In this document: positions 56,567 through 64,000 of the stretch, in pieces
Position numbering within the stretch: position 1 is the first letter of the stretch
How the letters are laid out: the number at the start of each line of letters is the position of its first letter
Source: an uncultured Acidobacteriaceae bacterium
GTDB lineage: Bacteria > Acidobacteriota > Terriglobia > Terriglobales > Acidobacteriaceae
DNA length: 64,000 nucleotides
NCBI GenBank assembly: GCA_963836295.1
Contig: CAWIIY010000004.1
Span: 26,962-90,961, forward strand
Direction: 5' to 3'
Notes under the pieces: model-generated
What the model was told of the DNA's origin: nothing
Seen by the model: only the letters and a program-made list of their open reading frames with translations
Databases searched by the model: none
Program-made: the position numbers and the translations under genes

Positions 56567-57217
56567 TTATTGTATGCACACGCTGAAAACCGCGCAGTGA
56601 TCGTGCATACATGCCGATGTGACACTGAAGCGGCTTCTAGAAGGCGTGCTTTGACGACCTGGAGGCACATCGATCCTCGCTCGCACGTATGTCGCGCTCC
56701 ATCTTCTTTCGCTGCATGGTGTTCCGAATCGCACTGAGGACCAGTGTTCGGGACTGTGGAAAGGACTGACGCTGGTGTCCACGGGAAATTCCATCCCGTG
56801 TTGGCGCCGGCAGTAGAGTTCGTGCCCAGGTCCGATAGGACACAAGCGGGGTGAGTTCCCAAACCCTTTTCTGTGCTGGAGGTATGATCCCCGGTAGCGT
56901 TCGGGGACGAGTATTTTCGACCTTGTGTGCCTAGGAGTTCTTCGCGCAGATAACCGAACAGCTTTTCGGTTGTGTTCGTAGAATTTTTTTACGTGCGGGC
57001 TGTAATCGCTTAAATCAGGCCAGCGCAAGTCGGGGAAACTGCCACTGCTAATGGCTGCGCGGAGCCAGATTTGACCTTCTGAGCTGAGCTCTGGCGCCCT
57101 CGCACTGTTAATGCTGGATGTTGCAAGCTGAGTCTGAGCCGAGCTTGTTGAGTTGCATCCGGATCCACAAAATAGCACGATCAGCATTAGCTGCGCTAAA
57201 CAGAGCGCGCCTGCCAA
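56567..57217 (-). pseudogene. N-terminal remnant of an L,D-transpeptidase-like lipoprotein gene
   Basis: Lipobox LFCGSGC, then LRWPDLSDYSPHVKKFYEHN, typical of the N-terminal region of acidobacterial YcbB-like proteins. The sequence then degenerates across frames and no YkuD catalytic domain follows. Confidence 0.4.
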
Positions 57218-57298
57218 TTCCTAATTGCTTCACTGAATCCTCCTGCAATCAATGCAATTCCTGGCCAGAGCACATTGGTTTTGAATCTCTGCCAAGAA

Positions 57299-58114
57299 TT
57301 AGCTGCGGCGAGTCGGTACCGATACATCCTGCTGCAGCGTGAAATCGAGCAGCGTCTCGCTGGGTATCTTCACCTGGTCTCCCTTCGTTATTATTTCTGA
57401 GCCGGCTCCGGCCCCCGCGCCAACTCCTGCTCCTATCGCAGCGCCTTTGCCGCCACCGGCAAGGGCTCCAATGATCGATCCCACCGCCGCTCCGCCGACC
57501 GTTCTCTTCGCGGTGCTCGCGCCGCGCGACTTGCCGGTCAATTCGTATTCTCCGGTCACAACCGGCACCGTCCGTCCATTCACCACGATCCCAGTCAGCT
57601 CCAGCCGCAGTTGCGACCTACCGGTGAACGTCCCTGACTCCTTTGACTCCACCAACCTGCCATAAACGTCGGCATCCTTGGGCACTACCACGTTGCCGTT
57701 CACCACCAGCGGTTCTTCCAGCGATGCCTGGAAACGATCCCCCACACGGTTTTGAGTGGAATCGATGTTATTCATAGTGCGCACGCAAATAACGGTTCCC
57801 GCCGGGATGGCGACATGCAGGGGTGTCTTAATGTCGGCATTATCGATCATCCCTGATTGGCTGGAAAGCGACCCGGTCGGCCGCGCCGGCATATCGCTTG
57901 CCGCCGTTTCGGAATCAAACTTGAGCGCTACGATGTCAGCAAGGTTATAGGTCTGGACCGACGAGCCGACCCGGAGAGTAATCTCACTCTCCGTGCCACC
58001 CAGGAACTTGCCCTCGATCAGGCTGCCGTTCCTCAGTTCCAAGGAATCGGCCCACGTGATCGACGCGGTCAGAATAAATCCAATGACTAATCCGCAATTC
58101 AGCTTGAACTTCAT
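57299..58114 (-). CDS. Secreted hypothetical protein with C-terminal glycine-zipper
   Basis: Signal peptide MKFKLNCGLVIGFILTASITWA; GGAAVGSIIGALAGGGKGAAIGAGVGAGAGAG. Confidence 0.5.
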   Translation of the reverse strand: MKFKLNCGLVIGFILTASITWADSLELRNGSLIEGKFLGGTESEITLRVGSSVQTYNLADIVALKFDSETAASDMPARPTGSLSSQSGMIDNADIKTPLHVAIPAGTVICVRTMNNIDSTQNRVGDRFQASLEEPLVVNGNVVVPKDADVYGRLVESKESGTFTGRSQLRLELTGIVVNGRTVPVVTGEYELTGKSRGASTAKRTVGGAAVGSIIGALAGGGKGAAIGAGVGAGAGAGSEIITKGDQVKIPSETLLDFTLQQDVSVPTRRS

Positions 58115-58496
58115 GATGACTTCCCCGCTGCAATGATCCGCTTTGGAAAACCTCCTACTCCCTATTTGGGAGAACCGTTCTTCGTGCCAGAACCTAATCA
58201 GGTTGCCGCACTCGTTATCCAAGACAAAGTGGCGGCGGCAGCCGGCGTTAGAACACTAGCTCATCGTGGACTCGGACAACTTTTCGAGAATTACCTTTTC
58301 TCGGTTCTTCGCTTTCTTCACCCGTTTCTCAAGCTCGCGGTCACTCAAGCTTGTGTTTCGCGGAAGCCTCTAAAATTCAACCTGACTACGAATTACATTC
58401 AACATCGCGTGCAAATCACGAGCTGCGAAAGCCTTCTTCGTGTCCATGATGCCCTGAGTTGCCAAGGGTTCTCCTTCTAATCTGCCAGGGAGCACC

Positions 58497-58928
58497 TTAC
58501 CGGCTCCCCGTTATTACAAATGGTCGAACGGGTGAACTCTTGCGCATATGCAAAACCGTGCCACCCTCGTCGAAGGAAACTTCGTCCATCAATGATCGGA
58601 TCAGATAAATCCCCCGACCGTGAGAGCACATCCGGTTTTCCGGCGCCGTCGGATCAGGTACGGCGCGGCTGTCGAAACCTAATCCCTGGTCCCGAATCGT
58701 GATTGAAACTTCCCCGTCCGAGTTGCAGCGGGTTGTGACGTAAACCCGCTTGTAGGGGTCCTGGGCGTTGCCATGGATCACAGCATTCAAGAGCGCCTCT
58801 CCCAGCGCAAGTTCAATGTCATCTTCGCTACCGTCCACCTCTCGAAACCTCGTTATAAAGCTCATCACTTGATCAATGAAGGGCTGTACGACACTGATAT
58901 GACTTGGGAGAAAGTGCTTCAACTCCAT
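58497..58928 (-). CDS. HATPase_c_2 anti-sigma-factor-like serine kinase (RsbW/SpoIIAB-like)
   Basis: LGEALLNAVIHGN, IRDQGLGF and GRGIYLI motifs; GGGGGAG lies 7 nt before ATG 58928. Confidence 0.6.
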   Translation of the reverse strand: MELKHFLPSHISVVQPFIDQVMSFITRFREVDGSEDDIELALGEALLNAVIHGNAQDPYKRVYVTTRCNSDGEVSITIRDQGLGFDSRAVPDPTAPENRMCSHGRGIYLIRSLMDEVSFDEGGTVLHMRKSSPVRPFVITGSR

Positions 58929-59596
58929 AAAAGTCTCCCCCGGAGTAGTGAGGAGCGGGAGAACGGCGCTGCGTGTCTGAGCCGTATCGAATTGCGGATT
59001 TCGCTGCATCGTAGTCAAACGATGCACGCCTAATACCACGCTGCGCATTCACGGAAGTGATTGAAACCAGGGAGTGTCCGAGGGAAGCGATTCGACAACT
59101 GTCAATCGACTGCCGAAGCTGTTGACGATATTTCGGCAGTGGATTCTTCAACCGTGAACCTGGTTTTTTTCAGTTCTCTGGCCGGAGCGTCAGCGGTTCA
59201 TGCCTGTGGCTTGCGATGACAAGGGCAGATGCAGAAAACTGTGTCTTTTTTTCGATCGCAGTCTTGCCGTTTGGCGGTTCCATTCTCTGCGGATCGTACT
59301 TTAGAAAAGCGTGGGCATTCCTTGTGTGTTTCCCATCCCTCAGCTTTTCGCAGATATTCATTGTGAAAGCCCCGGGTTTTTGGCCTGGCGCGAAGTATGT
59401 CCGCTCGAAATCCATGAAGTTGTCGGGTGGATACGTCCAAGGCTGCCGCGAAGATCGACCGCAATATTGGCCCAGTTTGCCGAGCATCTCGGACACAGTA
59501 TCTATGAAGGGATATGGGTAGGGCCAAGCAGGTAAAGCCAAGTTCGCCCGACCTGCACCTTCCACGCACGAAGCCAAATCTTCCAGCCCGGGAGCC

Positions 59597-60175
59597 TCAT
59601 CGGATCCTAAGCAACTCGCCATCCGCTGTGCGTACCGGACGGATGGGCAATTGCCCGGGTTCGTTCACCGGATAGAGAACCTGTTGGCCGCGGTAGCTGT
59701 CGAGCTCCTGCCGGAAATACCCCTGCTGGTAAAGGAGGCCGACGCCAACTACTGGCACGCCCAGATCGCTCGCGGCTTTCAACGATCGCCTGCGACGTTG
59801 CCAAGGCCTCCGGAGTAAACGCGCAACGCCTCGCTCAGCATGTACTCCATGCTGAAGTAAGCTACAGTGCGCAGCGGAGACTATGGATGCGCCGTCTGAA
59901 ACCACGCTGGGCCGCATTCCTCTCGCTCACCTCGCCCCGCAATCGTTCGACCTGCGCGCGGAAGGCGTCGTCAATCAGGGTCTCGATCTTTGGCCGTGAC
60001 ATGGATTGCAGGATCCGCCACGGGTTTCGGGTAAGCTCCCAAAGCTCGGATCGAGACGATTCCAGATTTCGTCGGTCGAGTGGCTCCACGACCAGCTCAG
60101 GTTCAGCGCGAGTCGAGTGAGGGCATCCGAGTCGTCCACTTCAGATCGCAGCGTGGAATACGGTGAATTCGTCAT
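59597..60175 (-). pseudogene. N-terminal remnant of an alpha-glucan phosphorylase (DUF3417 + phosphorylase start), frameshifted and truncated
   Basis: LALNLSWSWSHSTDEIWNRLDP, then WELTRNPWRIL, then ASDLGVPVVGVGLLYQQGYFRQ in three different frames. What follows below 59600 is unrelated sequence. Confidence 0.55.
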
Positions 60176-60283
60176 ATGACCATTCGCGGCCGCCGCTACT
60201 CACCGGCTCAGAGTGTCCAGAGGCGAGCACGCTCCAAATTCACACCCCATGCTGTTGAGCCTGCGGCCGGCTTGACAAGGGAA

Positions 60284-60330
60284 CCGCAGGGACGATGCTT
60301 TCAGGCGCTTGTCTGATATCGTCCCTGCGG
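60284..60330. other. Perfect 13-bp inverted repeat CCGCAGGGACGAT / ATCGTCCCTGCGG with a 21-nt loop
   Basis: Read directly; followed on the + strand by ATATTTGCTGGTTTTCTGG. Confidence 0.6.
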
Positions 60331-60508
60331 ATATTTGCTGGTTTTCTGGACTTGTTCTTAGGCGCATCACCGGGGTCTGTGACTTGTGTTGTGTCGAAAG
60401 GTGCTGCCAATGCGAAGGATTGAACGCAGTCAAAATGCGACCGACGCGTCCGGCCGGAATCTCAACTGTCAAGATCTTCGCATGTGGACGCGCATAGCGG
60501 CAACTCCT

Positions 60509-60736
60509 TCACGCTGCCACTACCTTGTGTAGGATTGTGCTTTGATCTGCGCCGATGCTGGTTTTCTTTCCCATGACGTCCGCCTCTGCCTGGAGCCAGT
60601 CGTCAAGGTCATGTCCGGGTTCGCAGCCGTGCTGTTCAAACAACTCATATGCACGCTGGCGGATGATTTCCTCCGTCAATTCGGGGAAATCTGGGTTTGA
60701 GGCTTGGGAGACTTCATTCTTGTGCTTTGACATCAT
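60509..60736 (-). CDS. DUF2934-domain protein
   Basis: IRQRAYELFEQHGCEPGHDLDDWLQAEADV. Confidence 0.6.
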   Translation of the reverse strand: MMSKHKNEVSQASNPDFPELTEEIIRQRAYELFEQHGCEPGHDLDDWLQAEADVMGKKTSIGADQSTILHKVVAA

Positions 60737-61306
60737 GCACCTTTGAAGGGCCATCTGGCGCAATACGCGCCAAATGGTGAGATTTCTCACTATGCTAATC
60801 CTCGGCGCGCGGGGTGTCAGTGCCCGCGGTCACAATTCGATGTACATGCGTGCCCGCCTATTCGCATTACTCCCTCTTCCCAAGTTCAAAGATCTTCCGG
60901 CTGGAAGTCAAGGACAGCAGATACGCCATCGGGTGAGCTCTACCCGGTCACTAGTCTACCCATCATTTCACACAGCTACAATGCCTTCGGCCAGCAATAA
61001 TGCGATTGGTAAAAAAAAATGTGCCAGTCGCATTCCTCCGCTCACAAAAGGGCCTGTGTCTTCGCGGCACGGACTTCTGTAGCGAACAAAGTCAATAATC
61101 TACCTAATTCGCGGCAATGAATTTTCGATTCAAGGTCCGATCCCATAGGACAGCAAACAGGGGAAAGGCTTGGCAGAACACGCACTGCCAGATGCAAGGA
61201 AGCTATTTCAAGGGTAGTCTTCCTATCCGAAGGGTATGCGACGTGTTCTCGCGCGCAACCAGGCTCGCGTCGAGGTGAGGGCGCTAAGTTGTTCAATGGA
61301 GGGTAA

Positions 61307-62077
61307 ATGCACGGACTCAGCGACGAGCGTCATTGCAGCAAACTAATTTTTGTGAGGTCTTGCGAATCACATGAGCCGATGGATGTCGCTCATCTAGGGC
61401 GAGTACGCGAGCCGGTGAGTCGATCGAAATCCGGTGTACAGGCAAAATTCGCTGACGTTTTCTGCGGGCGCTCTCGCCATGCCGAGTCGCAAAACGAACT
61501 CAAGGCATTGCAGGTTTTGCTCGCCACTGGGCATTTTCGCGCATGGCAGGGGCAGCCCTTCGTTCTCCACTACCACCATAAAGGAGCAAAACGTCGCTAT
61601 ACTCCCGACATTCTCGTTGATTGGGGTGTTCATCAGGAAGTCGTAGAAATCACAGAGGACTCCGACGCCGATTTGTCTGAGAGTCAGTCGCATTTTGTCC
61701 TGCTGCACGAGCTGCTGGCGGAACACGGCTATACCTTTCGTGTTTGGAAGAAGTCGGAGATTTGTGCCGAACCCCGACTAACAAACGTCGGCCTCATCCT
61801 GCGCTATCGCCGCGTGGATGTCCCAACCGCGGAGGAAGAAAGAATCCGAAGGATATTTTCCTTGACGCCCGAATTGTCCCTGAGCGCATTCTCCCGAGTG
61901 TCCGTTCAGTATGTGCTTCGCCTTGTTCTTGACGGCATATTGCATATCGACTGGTGGGATCCTCTCGGCCTGCAATCCAGAGTGAGCACCACGCCTATTG
62001 GCAAACAAGTATGGCCCAGCTCTATGCCGTCATCGCAGCCTTGTTTCCATGAGGACCGATGGCGCTGCAGGCGTTAA
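61307..62077 (+). CDS. tnsA: TnsA-like endonuclease
   Basis: ESQNELKALQVL...YTPDILVDW...VVEITED is the PD-(D/E)xK layout of the TnsA N-terminal domain. Followed by a TnsA_C-like region; overlaps tnsB. Confidence 0.6.
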   Translation: MHGLSDERHCSKLIFVRSCESHEPMDVAHLGRVREPVSRSKSGVQAKFADVFCGRSRHAESQNELKALQVLLATGHFRAWQGQPFVLHYHHKGAKRRYTPDILVDWGVHQEVVEITEDSDADLSESQSHFVLLHELLAEHGYTFRVWKKSEICAEPRLTNVGLILRYRRVDVPTAEEERIRRIFSLTPELSLSAFSRVSVQYVLRLVLDGILHIDWWDPLGLQSRVSTTPIGKQVWPSSMPSSQPCFHEDRWRCRR

Positions 62078-64000
62078 GAAGAGGACAGCGCGTTAGGGTC
62101 GGTGGGATCGACTTCGTGATTGTGCAGCGTTTGCCCGTAGAATGGTGGCAGTTGCAAAACACCGCCACAGGAGAATCCTGCACATTTGCCGAGGCTGATC
62201 TTCTTGACCGTTTCGCGCAATATGAGCTGTCATTCGACCAAGACACCGCCGAGCCCCAGTCGCTCACAGGTAAACTTGCCGCCAAACTCACTCGCGATCT
62301 GTCCATGTATCCCGCTGAACCGATTACCCTGGCCAGCAACCGTGTGCAGTATCTCAAGGAACTCGACCGCCGCCAGCCCATGAGGATCTCACCCAAAACT
62401 ATGGGGCCACTCATAAAGTCGGTATCCGAGAGGATCAAGGATCCTAACCCGCCCTCTTGGCTCACTGTCTGGCGGGACTACCGGAAGTGGCTAGCTGCCG
62501 GCCGCGACATTCGGGCAATCATCCCGAGGCATGCCGATCGCGGCAAGCGCGGCACACGAATGCTTCCCGAGGTTCAGATCATCAGTGATCAGGTCATTCA
62601 GGAGCTGTACATGACGGCCGGAACGTAAGCGGGTGCCTGAAGTGCACTTGGAAATCGTCCGTCGGCTCAGCGATGCGAACAAGTTCCGGACGGAAACCGA
62701 AAGGCTTCCGATTCCAAGTCGCAGCACGATATATCGCGAGATTCAGCGAAAGTCTCCGTACGAAATCATGGTGGCTCGGTACGGCAAACGCCGCGCCGAA
62801 ATGGAATTCCGGGTGTCCGGCACTGGGCCCGACACTTCCCGTGCTCTTCAACGGGTGTCGATGGATCACACGCCCAGCGACATTATCGTCGTGGACGACA
62901 ACAGCATGTTGCCGTTGGGCCGGCCGACGATCACTTCTGCGCTCGATGAGCACACTCGCTGTGTCTATGGGCTTCTACGCTGGATTCGAACCGCCGAGTT
63001 GCTTGTCGGTGATGCGATGCCTCAAACACGCGATTCTTCCCAAGACCTATGTCCCACGCGAGTTTCCGTCGGTCAAGAACCGCTGGGAATGTTATGGTGT
63101 GCCGGAATTAGTGGTGGTCGACAATCCGCCTGAGTTCCATTCCAGCCACTTCGAACGTGCGTGTCTGCAGATCGGGGCCGATATCCAATATGCCAAGGTT
63201 CTCGTTCCCTGGTACAAGGGCAAGCTCGAACGGTTCCAGGGCACCATGAATCACGACCTAATGCACGGCAAACCCGGAACTACCTTCAGCAATATCTTGG
63301 AACGCGACGACTACGATCCCGGCCGGCACGCTGTCGTTTTGCTCAGCACGTTTCGCGAGATGCTCCACAAGTGGATCGTCGACGTGTACTTGCAAACACC
63401 CCATCGCGGCATCAAGGACACGCCGGCGCATCGTTGGCGCAGCGAGATGATCGCCTTGCCCCCTCCCTTGCCAAGGAGTGCCAGCGAGCTGGACATCGTG
63501 CTCGGGATGACGGCTCAACGAGTGGTGTTTCACTATGGCATCGAATTGGGGGACTGAAGTACAACGGCCCAGAACTGGGGGAACTGCGGCGGCGAATGGG
63601 AGCGGGAGCGAAGGTCGAACTCACATTCGATCCAGGAGATCTCGGCCACATCAACGTGTTTGATCCGCTAGAGAGAGGCCTATATTCGTGTTCCTGCTGT
63701 TGATCAGGCGTACGCCGGAGGACTTTCCATCTGGCAAAACAAGGTCATCCGGCGTTACGCTCAGTGCCAGCTGAATGCCCGCACCGACATCGTGGCTCTG
63801 GCGCAGGCCAAAGCTGAAATCCGTGCACTTGTGGAGCGCGATTTCAACCGCAAGACGACCCGTGGCAGGAAGCGCCATGCCCGCTTCATGGAAGATCACA
63901 CCCGCGGAAACCTCTCGGAGGTGGTCGCCACCGAGTCCACGGGGAATGCTGCTCCAAACTGCCTAACAACGGGAGCCATTACGGACGGCAAATCTGAACG
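62059..64000 (+). CDS. tnsB: TnsB-like DDE (rve/Mu-type) transposase, 3' partial, read across about 4 frame changes
   Basis: Pieces in frames 1, 2, 0, 2, 0. DDE: VSMDHTPSD, VVVDNPPEFHS, YKGKLERFQGTMN. Later FDPGDLGHINVFDP then YIRVPAVDQAYAGGLSIWQ. Junctions near 62620, 62960 (GGG), 63550 (G5) and 63672. Confidence 0.7.

Larger units (their letters stand above)
60841..64000 (+). mobile_element. Tn7-like transposon, tnsA-proximal end (runs off the window; left boundary tentative)
   Basis: tnsA-tnsB gene pair. Candidate terminus TGTACATGCG... at 60841. TCGCATT(A/C) copies at 60863, 61028 and, inverted, at 60999. Confidence 0.4.

Noticed and set aside
1-64000. CRISPR arrays, rRNA genes, additional tRNAs, prophage structural genes.
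   Set aside because: I found no regularly spaced 25-40-nt direct repeats, no rRNA-like stretches and no further cloverleaf-compatible sequences in the intergenic regions I read. This was a visual scan only; tRNAscan-SE or Infernal should confirm it.

Overview
This is a high-G+C bacterial chromosomal segment. G+C was judged by eye, not computed. All family calls come from motif recognition in the supplied translations; no database search was run. Gene content (VWA-type acidobacterial secreted protein, DUF1844, PagL-like, TPR-secretin, many signal-peptide hypotheticals) suggests Acidobacteriota/Terriglobia, which is inference only.

Bases 1-48,000 are mostly core genes:
- a DesK/DesR-like two-component pair with an ABC-2 exporter; the response regulator is broken
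- a CoA-transferase plus a 2-oxoacid:ferredoxin oxidoreductase
- polyprenyl synthase, LeuB-like dehydrogenase, YgfZ-like, ribF, nadE, glnA, pdaD
- an orphan secretin
- a PAPS-synthesis/sulfotransferase cluster (cysD, cysNC, tauE-like, cysQ, membrane sulfatase-like protein, sulfotransferase)

Bases 48,900-64,000 are accessory and scarred. They hold a tRNA-Arg(CCU) gene cut in its anticodon loop, an IS110-type remnant, and a visibly lower-G+C five-gene operon. That operon encodes a xanthine-dehydrogenase-family molybdenum hydroxylase whose FAD subunit is interrupted by a GltD-like module, followed by two tandem zinc-ribbon + ThiS/MoaD-like proteins, one ending in Gly-Gly. This operon is my best candidate for an undescribed system. 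After it come gene fragments (L,D-transpeptidase, alpha-glucan phosphorylase) and the tnsA/tnsB end of a Tn7-like transposon that runs off the window.

Caveat: at least 12 otherwise conserved genes are split by single-nucleotide frame changes, mostly in short homopolymers. Assembly error is a serious alternative to pseudogenisation.
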